Source: Azolla caroliniana | Taxonomy: Eukaryota; Plantae; Polypodiophyta | DNA: 14,490 bases | NCBI GenBank assembly: GCA_043228905.1 | Contig: JBHGNT010000866.1 | Location: 1-14,490 of the forward strand | Reading direction: 5' to 3' | Part shown: in pieces, positions 1-9,559 of the stretch | Position numbering within the stretch: the stretch's first letter is position 1 | Layout of the letters: each line of letters opens with the position of its first letter | Position numbers and translations under genes: made by a program | The notes under the pieces: model-generated | The model's input: the letters and a program-made list of their open reading frames with translations, nothing else | The model's database searches: none | What the model was told of the DNA's origin: nothing

Positions 1-36
1 AATCATGTCCTTATATCCTTTTTCTTGTCCATCTAA

Positions 37-84
37 TAATTATTACTTCCATGTAAAAGATAATTATTACTTCCTTGTAAAAGA
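37..84. repeat. 24-bp tandem duplication (2 copies, 1 mismatch)
   Basis: TAATTATTACTTCCATGTAAAAGA (37-60) is directly followed by TAATTATTACTTCCTTGTAAAAGA (61-84). Confidence 0.9.
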
Positions 85-844
85 AGGTAAGAATGGGGAC
101 AACTTTTGGACCCCAATGTACTTATTAAAAGAGATAGCAGTCAGTTCAACATTTACCCAGCTTGTCGACTTTTGATCTTCAAACAAATGGTGAGCGTAGA
201 AACTCAGTCGTATGGTGACAAACCACCAAACCTGATTCGGGAGCATCTTGTTGTTGTCCCATTCTCAAATGTATGGAGAGGCCCCATAATTACCTTATTT
301 GACGACGATTCTGATCGTATAAATACTAGATTTTAATTTAGATGGAAACAAGCCCTAGTTTGGATATCATAGCAGCTCCACTTCTGAGAAGAAATGGTGA
401 TATCATCAGGGAAGTGCAATCTTGATGGGCAATGGAGTGAGTGAGTGCCATAGAACCATTAACTTCCTTCCATTTCACTAAATGCGTGCATGTTTACCAA
501 CATATGCTTATAGATGCTTCATTTAAAGCACCTGCAATGAGTGATTAGGTAACTGAGCATTTGTGACATGGACATGCGCTACTGGAAACCCCAATCTTCA
601 AAACGCCCAAGGGCCACAGAAATCATAACGTTTTACGTAGCAGTGTGAGGGGACTTGCTCATCAAAGTTGTTAATGGTAAAATATCAGTTAAGAGATATA
701 TGTATGCTTTCCTTTGAGTCGTAAATCTTCTGTCTTCGTTATACGTTATACGTTTGTGTCAGTCAGACTGTTTAAGTCATTCATACATTACCCATCTACT
801 CGACCCTTCTATGCCTCTGCATTTTGTGTTCATTTCTCTAGTAA

Positions 845-870
845 CTCTCTCTCCCTCTCCCTCTCTCTCT
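845..870 (+). repeat. Imperfect (CT)n pyrimidine tract upstream of the STIG1-like ORF
   Basis: CTCTCTCTCCCTCTCCCTCTCTCTCT. Such tracts are common in plant 5' UTRs and first introns. Confidence 0.8.
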
Positions 871-1070
871 GTTTGCTTTTATCTCTAGTAAATTCCCACA
901 TCAAAGACCCAATTTTGTTGTGCACGCTCTCCTTTAACCCTTTGTCATTTATGGCGACATTACAAAATCTGCAAACAAATTTTCTCACAAAGTTCCAGAA
1001 GTTTTAATGTCTCAAAGGTAGTATGGTTTTTGAATCATGACAGGGCCATGATCGACAAAGACCTTCGCAT

Positions 1071-1952
1071 ATGGCAAGATTATCCGAGTTCCGGTGCAAC
1101 CATAATCCAACTATATGCAAATCAAAGTGGGTGTTTGGAGATGCAGGGGCATGTTGTGCCGGTGGTGTGTGCAAAAACACTTGGCACGATTCGAAAAACT
1201 GTGGCGGCTGTGGCAAGCTATGCCCCGACACATGTTGTCGAGGCCACTGTGTGAACCTCAACGTGGATGCTCACAATTGCGGCTCATGTGCACATTCCTG
1301 TGGGCCCGGGAGCACTTGTGAGCTCGGCATGTGCGGCTACGATAGTCCCGATGATGATAAGTGCGGTGTTTGCCTTCCCTCCACGACATGTTGCATCGAA
1401 AGTCGTGAGTGTGCCAATCTTGATGAGGATGTCACCAATTGTGGACAATGTGGCAATCGGTGCTCGGATGGCCAAAGTTGCGTTCTTGGCACGTGCAAGG
1501 CACAATGCGGTATTTGCTTGTCAACCGAGACATGTTGTGATGATGGCAACTGTGTGAACCTCGACGAAGATGCCAATAATTGTGGTTCATGCGGGAATCA
1601 ATGCTCGGAACAAGAAAGTTGCATTCTTGGCACATGCGAGACACAATGCGGTATTTGCTTGCCAGCTGAGACATGTTGTGATGATGGTAAGTGTGTGATC
1701 CTCGACGATGATGCCAATAATTGTGGTTCATGTGGGCATCAATGCTCGGAACGAGAAAGTTGCATTCTTGGCACATGCCAGGTGCAATGCAGTATATGCT
1801 TACCAACAGAGACATGTTGTGATGATGGCAATTGTGTCAACCTTAAGGATGATGCCAACAATTGTGGTTCATGTGGGAATCAATGTTCAAAACAAGAAAG
1901 TTGTAGGCATGGAATATGCGAGATACTAAATGATGAGATACTTGCTTATTGA
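1071..1952 (+). CDS. STIG1 (stigma-specific protein 1)-family cysteine-rich protein with C-terminal tandem Cys-rich repeats; true 5' end uncertain, probably spliced or damaged
   Basis: The first ~90 aa match the STIG1 Cys pattern: C..NPTIC...CC...CKN...DSKNCGGCGKLC..TCCRGHCVNL..DAHNCGSC..SC..GSTCELGMCGY. The ORF is open for 293 aa. The frame is open upstream only to a TGA at 1038-1040, with a candidate acceptor CAG at 1041-1043. No signal peptide lies within the ORF. Confidence 0.85.
   Translation: MARLSEFRCNHNPTICKSKWVFGDAGACCAGGVCKNTWHDSKNCGGCGKLCPDTCCRGHCVNLNVDAHNCGSCAHSCGPGSTCELGMCGYDSPDDDKCGVCLPSTTCCIESRECANLDEDVTNCGQCGNRCSDGQSCVLGTCKAQCGICLSTETCCDDGNCVNLDEDANNCGSCGNQCSEQESCILGTCETQCGICLPAETCCDDGKCVILDDDANNCGSCGHQCSERESCILGTCQVQCSICLPTETCCDDGNCVNLKDDANNCGSCGNQCSKQESCRHGICEILNDEILAY
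1362..1928 (+). repeat. Coding tandem repeat, 4 units (144, 141, 141, ~141 bp; 47-48 aa, 10 Cys each)
   Basis: Units start at 1362, 1506, 1647 and 1788. The consensus is close to CGICLxTETCCDDGNCVNLDxDANNCGSCGNQCSEQESCILGTCxxQ. Confidence 0.95.
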
Positions 1953-2087
1953 GCACAAATTGTTATAACAAAAAATGTGTGGACCTCCTCAATGTAGACA
2001 TGAACGATTGTGGTTCCGTGTCACAATGTGTGTTCACATGGCAACATTTGCAAGCTTGAAAATTGTAGTAATGCACCCACAAGCTAG
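1940..2087 (+). pseudogene. Degenerate fifth Cys-rich repeat overlapping and beyond the present stop codon
   Basis: 1940-2017 reads TCLLSTNCYNKKCVDLLNVDMNDCGS in a shifted frame. 2019-2087 reads CHNVCSHGNICKLENCSNAPTS* back in the main frame. Confidence 0.8.
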
Positions 2088-4680
2088 TAAGATGCTACGA
2101 GGAAACTATTTCTTCACTATCAATAACAACACTTCATGAATGCATCTTTGTTTCTTACTTGGCACATCAAGAGTTTCCCGTTTATCGTCCAAATTAATCC
2201 TTATTAATTCTTTGACCTTTTAATCCACGAAAAATAACTATGATTCTCTTGGACTCTTCGTCCTTCAAGAGGAAAATAATTGTATCTTACTAGTGCTTCT
2301 ACTATTCCTATGAAGACAATAGTAACGAGAATAAGTTGACTCTTCTCTTTCTTGTAAGCCAATGAAATGTATCATGAGGAAAATTGTACGTCAAACATTG
2401 TAACCTTATTTGATTCTTTCGTTAGAGAACTTTTGGAGTTACATGGAGAAAATATGTTAATGTTTACATCACTACTCCAAATGAGTGTTTTGAAATCTTC
2501 ACAAGGATTTTCTAATGGCAAGCTAAATGATATGGTTTTGGTAACATCCAGTTAAAATCTTTTGTAAGCCCCAATCTAGAAGTATGATGATGACATGAAA
2601 TCTCCACCTCGGCACAAAGTTCTTGAATTCTAATTTTGTTAATGATTACTTGCTATTGAATGGAAGTTTTGTTGCATCATATTTTCTAGACACCAATATG
2701 ACATCAAGGTACGTTGTATTGCTTTGGTTCACATTTTCTCAACAAGGACTATAATCAACATGGATATATTGTAATCCCTTATTGCGATCAATGAAGTTCT
2801 ATGGCTTGTAATTGTAATTGGAAAATGTCTGCGTGTCTTCAAATTTTTGTGATAATGATGATATTGAATATATGAATAGGTTTGGGCCCATAGAGACAAC
2901 TCCTCAAAGACGCTTCCAAATTGTCACACCACAGTGAAATTGCTTACTCTACCAAAATATAATTGCCAAGTTAAAGAACTATAAATATAATTGCCACACT
3001 TCCACTGACTACATAGATTGATTGTAGTAATGGCTTTGGGCCAATAATTGAACTAAATCATGCCCAATTTTAGAACTAAGTCATGTTAACCACAATCTTA
3101 CTACATACGAGAGATTGTGATTTCATAGAATCATGAACAAACAAACCTTGATATCTCATGTCAAAATATCAAGGTAATTAACATTTGATCAATAATATTC
3201 AAACCATCAGATCCACCATCTCGGAACATGGAAGGGACAACAACTTTTGTGGGCCCTTTAATGAAAACATATGGAGCCAACATACTTTTTAATAAAGACC
3301 ATAATATCTACCCATGCTACAAAGTTTGCTTACCCAAAATCCACAAAAGAAGGCATCAGTGGTACAGAAGTCATCAACAACCACTCTATAAGTCGTTGAA
3401 TTCCAATACTAAAATGTCCATAACATTTACATATTTTACTCTATGAACGTGTTTACAATGTATGAATTACCATGTAAACTCATTGAATTCCAATATTGAT
3501 TAAAGTGGGTCATAGCTACATCTATTAATGAACTTCCAATTGAAATTTATGGGGCTTTCATTCTTTATTAGACATGGTGGTTTCAAGGATTTTTTACAAA
3601 ACTATCTTAAATTTGTTTATATCTTGCCATCGCAATTTTAGCAATTATACAACTTGTCATTTATGTGCCACAAAGGGAAGAGGTGTGATAATTAGAATGT
3701 AGATCCATATGTAGGCTTGCAAATATGAACAATCTAGATGATGCAATGTTGAAAAAATAAGTAAAAACAATTACATCTGCAACTTCATCACCTTGTGTAG
3801 AAATAAGAATTGGGATATATTCCATGTGGACTTCATGACATTAATCTTTTTAAGTTAGATTCTCTTTGAGACATTCCCATGTCAAAATGAGAAAAATTGT
3901 ACAATGTAGAATTTTATCTTTGAGAAACATAGAAGTATTTTGAAATTGTGATTAAAAATATGCCATTTTAAGAAATTTTGTTCTCTACAACATGGAATGC
4001 AAACACACTCCTCAAATTGTACAATCTTCTTGTATACACATAATATCTAGACAAATAAATTCTTGAAGATTGCTCTATTTTCAATGATACATTTTGGAAA
4101 CATAAAGATAGAAAGAACGTCCTAGTCTAAGGGGTTCTAGTCTCTACATCTGAGCTAAAGATCAAGTGCTCCAACTAGGGCAATGAAAATAGCTTCCATG
4201 GTTAGAAACATTATGAGGATCTTGATATATGTGGGAACACTAGAAACGTTGAGATGCATATGCTTGTTTCTTAAATACCTCCTTGAGAACGGAACGGGTG
4301 ATAATATTTAGGTCTAGTACATGTCAAATATTGCAAGATCTAGGAAGATCTTCTGATCATGTTTCTCCTATATCACATATGTGAGCCTTGACATGAAGGG
4401 AATGAAATGAAGTACCCCTCCAAAATTCATAACAAGTTGTAACAAAGAGAAAAAGGGAGGGTAAATCCAATGTGAAGAAATTAAGGAGAGTGGGTCCAAA
4501 GGTCTTAATATGATAAGTTATGTAAATATGTAAAGGACTTGGATGAGATTGTGGAAGGAGTGACAAAGAGGAGAAGGAATTAAACAAGTTAGGAGGAGAA
4601 TTCATTGTGCAAATTATAGGAGGCCATTAGGCCAAATTGATCAACGTAGAATATGGTATGGTTCAACCATGCCTACCCAG

Positions 4681-5082
4681 GACCTTTTGTAATGTACCTA
4701 TATACTCTTCGGGCCGAACACCCGTTTCCAAGAGCATAACCTAGTAAGAGGTAGTGCATTTAACTCCTAATTGCCTCCTTAAAGACATCTTTTGAATTTT
4801 CTCAATCTCATTCCATGCATCAAGAGAGATATTGCCACCCCATACTTCTACTCCATAAAGCAATAATTGAGTTACTATGGCATCGAACAACAATAGTTTT
4901 ACTTCCCATCCACAAGTATCATTTTGGTTGTATTGATTCTCTAAAAGGTAATACGATTTCCAATTGCTTGAAGCCTAGAATCAAATCATCCACTCCATTT
5001 ATTTGTGGCGGGTACGTCAATACAAAAATATTTAAAGCTTTGAACAACTTGTATATGTTTGTAAAGAATCGATGGTGATTCT
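4681..5082 (-). mobile_element. Degenerate non-LTR (LINE, RTE-like) reverse transcriptase C-terminal fragment
   Basis: Manual minus-strand translation: HIQVVQSFKYFCIDVPATNKWSG*FDSRLQA(frameshift)WKSYYLLENQ...EVKLLLFDAIVTQLLLYGVEVWGGNISLDAWNEIEKIQKMSLRRQLGVKCTTSY*VMLLETGVRP. This fits the LINE FKYLG and L.YG.E.W motifs. It is absent from the ORF track. Confidence 0.8.
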
Positions 5083-5114
5083 TGTGTAGTGGAATAGGTT
5101 AGAGATGTGTGTTA

Positions 5115-5162
<48 letters not shown>
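5115..5162. repeat. Compound microsatellite (TG)10(AG)14 inside the copia LTR
   Basis: Read directly from the sequence. Confidence 0.95.
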
Positions 5163-5169
<7 letters not shown>

Positions 5170-5265
5170 GAGAAACACAAGATAGATAGGCAATAGAAAA
5201 TACTCAAGAAGATTTTATACTACAAAGGAGATTAACCGACATATTACAAAGTAGGAGGAGAGTGC

Positions 5266-5274
5266 TTTATATAG
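5266..5274 (-). promoter_or_regulatory. TATA box of the copia LTR
   Basis: The minus strand reads CTATATAAA in the middle of the LTR, in the element's orientation. Confidence 0.6.
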
Positions 5275-5416
5275 TCCCTCTCTCTCTTCATTAAGTACCG
5301 AAGCTCATGAGTCATGGGGAATGTGAAAACTCATTAGTTATGTGTCAAAGAATGTGATTCTATGACACATAGTTAATGTGTAAAGAGTACTAGTGTGACT
5401 TTTGACCTTTGAGTGT

Positions 5417-7290
5417 TCATAAACTCTCAAGGGTGTGTTCACACACTAGGCTAGGTTGAGCTTGATTCTCAACACGCCCCCTCAAGCTCAACTTTGGTCG
5501 GCTTGTCCGCTTCAATTGGTAACCCGGTTCGAACGGTATCCGGTTCTCTCTTGTTTGGTGTCTGCTTGGACGTTTGGACGTACTCCCCCTCAAGCTTGGC
5601 AAGTCAAGAATCATCAATCCAAGGTCTGAGATGAATTGCCGAAGCTTGTCATCTCCTAGGGCTTTGGTGAAGATGTCGGTTTTCTCAAGATTTGTGTTGA
5701 TGTGTTGAAGGTCGACATCTCCAGCTTGAACGCGCTCTCGAATGAAGTGATAATGCACTTCGATATGCTTCGTGCATGCGTGGAACACCGGGTTCTGAGC
5801 CAGATGAATATTGCTCATTTTGTCACAGTAAAGGGGAATTGGATCTTTAATGGGAACACCCAGATCCTTCAATATCCTCTTGAGCCACACGACGTCACAT
5901 GCAGCCACTCCCGCGCCCATGTATTCGGCCTCTGTGCTCGAAAGAGCGACGGTTGGTTGCTTCTTACTACTCCTGGAGATGTCTCCACTTCCAAGGGAGA
6001 AGACGAAACAAAAGGTTCACTTGATCGTCGATCACCTTTGTAGCCAGTCTAGTCGGCATCTGTGTATCCTTCGAGTTGAATTAGCATGGCCGACTTATAG
6101 AGAATGCCATAGTCCATCGTTCCACTCACGTATCGTAGCACTCGCTTAGCACAATCCAAATGGATATCTCGTGGAGTTTGCATGAATTGGTTAAGGAGGT
6201 CGACCGGATAGCTTAGGTCGGGTTGGGTAATCGTGAGGTAGATGAGGCTCCCGATCAGTTGTTGATACTGAGTTGGCTCAAACTCTGTAATGCCAGAGTT
6301 GGTATCCAGTTTGAGGTTTCGATCGAGAGGGGTTGCCATAGATTTGCACTCAGTCATCCCGAACTTGTATAACAAGTTAAGGATGTACTATCGTTGAGAG
6401 GCCATTACTTTGGTTGGAGTCTGGATTACTTCAATGCCAAGGAAGTAATGGACTTCTTTCATGTCTGCCATCTCGAATTTGCTGGAGAGGAGGGACTTGA
6501 CCTTGTTAACGTTGACTAGATGCTCACCTCCAATGACCAGATCATCCACGTATAGGATGATGACAAACGGGCTTTCAGAATCACTTCTTATATAGAGAGA
6601 ATTGTCAGATTTTGACATTCGGAAGCCAATTAGATGAAGATATTGTGTTATCTTTGAATGCTAAGCATGTGATGCTTGCTTAAGGCCGTAGAGAGGCTTC
6701 TTGAGTTAGCAGATGGCTTTCAGATGAATGTTGGATTCAAACTTGGGTGGATGTACCATGCACACCTCCTCTTCTAATTTGCCTTGAAGAAAGGCGTTCT
6801 TGACATCCATCTGGTGGAGGTGGCACCCTTTCACTACAACAAGCCCTTTGCTATAAGTCGAGCTTTGTATACCCATTTGCCGTTGATTGCCTTCTTGTGC
6901 GGTGAGTGAGGGATGCGATCCCATGTCTCGTTCTTGCTGAGAGCTTGCATCTCCTGGTTCATCGCTTCAACCCATCACGGATCTTTAGTGGCTTCGACAA
7001 AGCTCTCCGGTTCTCGTACTGCTGCTACCTTCATCATAAAGACATAATGGTATGCCATATAGTCGTTGTAGCCAAATCGGCTAACCGTATTCTTCTCTCG
7101 GGTAGAGAGACAGAGTTTCTCATTTGCCAATGTGAGTGCTTTCTTAACTCCGGGTGACCTCATAAGAGGCACATCAAACCCATCAAACTCACTATCGAGT
7201 GAGTGAGTCGATTCGTTGTCGTCGAATTGATCATCTTCATATTCCGACATTTTGCCCTTCTTTGTCCATCTTTGGACTTGGCCGAGATGT
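5417..7290 (-). pseudogene. pol: Copia pol remnant: post-integrase linker, reverse transcriptase, RNase H
   Basis: Motifs EPESFVEA..WVEAMNQEMQAL..NETW, HQMDVKNAFLQG, IILYVDDLVI (6541-6552), YFLGIEV, YQQLIGSLIYL, YTDAD, YCD and TDIFTKAL, broken by stops and frameshifts. Confidence 0.93.
5475..5483 (-). other. Polypurine tract of the copia element
   Basis: Minus-strand GAGGGGGCG lies directly before the TG of the LTR. Confidence 0.8.
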
Positions 7291-7588
7291 GCATCACCTT
7301 CAGTTTGTTGAGATTGATATGGCCGATTCATTTATGCCATAACTCTATGTCGGTGTTTGGTTAGAGGCCCTTTGTAAACATGGCCGATTTCACCTCGTTC
7401 GATTTAAGGATAAACATTCGGCCTTCCCTTCGACCACGAGCAATTAGTCAGCCTTCCTTCTCGATGAGGCAACCACCTTGGTTGAATCGAACTTGCATCC
7501 CTTGCTCCACAATTGGGTCGACCGAGACCAAATTCTTCATTATGGTGGGTACATGCAAGAAATTTTTTATACAAGTTCGTTCACCTTC
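7291..7588 (-). pseudogene. Copia protease C-terminal part plus GAG-pre-integrase domain
   Basis: Manual translation: CIKNFLHVPTIMKNLVSVDPIVEQGMQVRFNQGGCLIEKEG*LIARGRREGRMFIL...DIELWHK*IGHINLNKLKVM. Confidence 0.85.
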
Positions 7589-7785
7589 TTTGTTTGTTCA
7601 CCTTCTTCCGCATTCGATCGAGGTTTGTCAGCTCGGACCGGAATGGAAGCTCCCCCTTCTTCCGTATGTTCCTCGATGGCTTCCGTCTTGTTGCTAAAAT
7701 TAGGAATTATTTTCGTAAGTTGGACCTCATCCGCCTCGTCCTTGGCCGAATCGCCCTCTTGCTCGGTTGCGTCCTCTTCCTCCCT

Positions 7786-8159
7786 TCAAATGTGTGTAAA
7801 GAATGTGGCCTTCCGAAGCATATTGCTCCTCGTTCGAACATGGTTTTCTTCAACCGACAACATGCATTGAAGATCAAAGAAAGAGGGAGGATTCTCCCTT
7901 GCTAGTACGACGGTCCTCATTGCGTCGAACCATGGTGCAAGGCCGTTGAGGCATATTTGCACCATCTCATCATCGTCCACATTGACGCTTATTGAGCCGA
8001 GCGAGTCACAAAGCTCCTTGATCTTCAAGGTGTAGCTTGTGAAAAACATATCCCTTTGTTGGATGTTGTTCAACTCTTGGCGTAGTTGAAGCTTTCTTGT
8101 GGTTGTGTTGGCCGCGAAAATCATCCATAGATTCTCCCACACTTCCTTTGGCATCACGG
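7786..8159 (-). pseudogene. gag: Copia gag fragment (UBN2/Retrotran_gag_2-like), truncated at its N-terminus by the gypsy LTR
   Basis: PKEVWENL...RKLQLRQELNNIQQ...YTLKIKELCDSLGSI..VDDDEMVQICLNGL...LQCMLSVEE. Confidence 0.88.
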
Positions 8160-8538
8160 TGTCATGTGGTTTTTCACACACGATATGAAAACTAGTAAAT
8201 CAATTATTTAAGATTAGCTTAATGTATTCATATGTAAAGATAGATGTCTTCAAGAGCTTCATAACGTATTTTATTATGCCTAAAACGGATAAACAAGTAT
8301 CAAGTTATGTGAGTGTAAAGTTTGAAGAAAAAAAAAGAAAAGACAAAACTGTGAGGTATCCCACATAGACAGGACAACATTGGAACCTAGGATATATAAG
8401 GGAAACCAAAACATATTCATTATATCAATGTGTGGAGCATAGAATGTTCAAGGTGACTTGGGCTACATTGTGTGGTGTGCACGTTTCGAACGTACACACG
8501 TGTGCATGGACGTGTGGATGCTTCAGGCGTATGCGTAT

Positions 8539-8668
8539 ATGCATGGCCGTGTGGATGGGTTGTGTGGATGCTTTGGGTGTACGCGCATGTGCACGGTCGT
8601 ACACCCAAAGCATCCACACGGCCGTGCATGCACGTGCGTACACCCAAAGCATCCACACGGCCATGCAT
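8539..8668. repeat. Inverted-repeat/hairpin cluster in the LTR
   Basis: 8562-8583 is the exact reverse complement of both 8598-8619 and 8637-8658. 8539-8557 is the exact reverse complement of 8650-8668. Confidence 0.9.
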
Positions 8669-8676
8669 GCACTCGA

Positions 8677-9559
8677 GTACACTGTGCGGTCGGGACTTTT
8701 GCGGGTGGACGCGTGGACGGTTTGGTTGCGACGCACGTACGGATTACGCACGGGCTGAACTTTATGGATGATTAGGTCATTTGGATGAATTTTATGGATG
8801 GTCAGATGCAACTAAAAGCCAAGGCCATGCAACTAAAAGTAAAAGGCAGTGTGGATGCTTCGGGCATATGCGTGCACGGCCTCGTGGGACGCTCCGACGG
8901 ACGCGCAGACGCGCGGATGCGTGGGTGTACGCACGTGTGCACGGCCGTGCATGACCCCTAGCTTGCTCGGGACGCGCGCGCGCGTGGATGCGTACACTGT
9001 GCGGTCGGGACTTTTGCGCATGGACGCGTCTACGGTTTGGTTGTGACGCACGTACGGATTATGCACGGGCTAAACTTTATGGATGATTAGGTCATTTGGC
9101 CGAATTTTACGGATGGTCGGATGCAACTAAAAGCCATGGCCATGCAACTAAAAGTAAAAGGCAGTGTGGACGCTTCGGGCATATGCGTGCACGGCCTCGT
9201 GGGACGCTCCGACGGACGCACGGATGTGTGGGTGTACGCATGTGTGCACGACTGTCTGGCCGCTTCGGGCATACGCGTGCACAGCCTCGTGGGTTGCTCG
9301 AACGGACGCACGGATGCGTACACTGCTTGCTTAGATGGACGCGCGGATGCGTACACGGCTTGCTCGGGACGCGCGCGTGGGTGGATGCGTACACTGCGCG
9401 GTCGGGACTTTTGCACACGGACGCGTCTACGGTTTGGTTGCGACGCACGTACGGATTACACATGGGCTAAACTTTATGGATGATTAAGTCATTTGGCCGA
9501 ATTTTACGGATGGTCGGATGCAACTAAAAGCTAAGGCCATGCAACTAAAAGTAAAAGGC
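8677..9559 (+). repeat. GC-rich tandem array in the LTR, about 3 copies
   Basis: A ~170-bp core (GTACACTG.GCGGTCGGGACTTTTGC...AAAAGTAAAAGGC) starts at 8677, 8992 and 9389, giving periods of 315 and 397 bp. Confidence 0.92.

Larger units (their letters stand above)
5083..5474 (-). repeat. Copia 3' LTR (~390 bp)
   Basis: On the minus strand it begins TGTTGAGA directly after the purine tract and ends ...CCACTACACA where LINE similarity resumes. It contains a TATA box. The left boundary is inferred because no second LTR is in the window. Confidence 0.7.
5083..8159 (-). mobile_element. Ty1/copia LTR retrotransposon, internally deleted and non-functional; 5' part displaced by the gypsy insertion
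   Basis: Minus-strand order is gag, protease C-terminal part, GAG-pre-integrase, RT (QMDVKNAFLQG, YVDD), RNase H (YTDAD, SSTEAEY, KHIEVHYHFIRE), PPT, LTR. Confidence 0.95.

Noticed and set aside
106-336. 76-aa ORF
   Set aside because: TTG start, no recognisable motif, and a length expected by chance.
714-1007. 97-aa ORF in the same frame as the STIG1-like ORF; stop readthrough or editing considered
   Set aside because: TTG start and two intervening stops (1005, 1038). Stop-restoring editing is organellar in plants, so an intron or UTR is simpler.
1004-1929. Several overlapping alternative-frame and antisense ORFs
   Set aside because: Shadows of the repetitive Cys-rich CDS.
2750-2835. Possible MULE/SWIM zinc-finger relic (GYIVIPYCDQ*SSMACNCNWKMS)
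   Set aside because: Too short, and the CxH half is missing. A BLASTX search would be needed.
2367-4605. Short ORFs at 2367, 3228 and 4357 in AT-rich DNA
   Set aside because: No motifs recognised. Probably old TE debris that I cannot classify.
5702-7905. Plus-strand ORFs over the copia element
   Set aside because: Antisense shadows of the pol and gag remnants.
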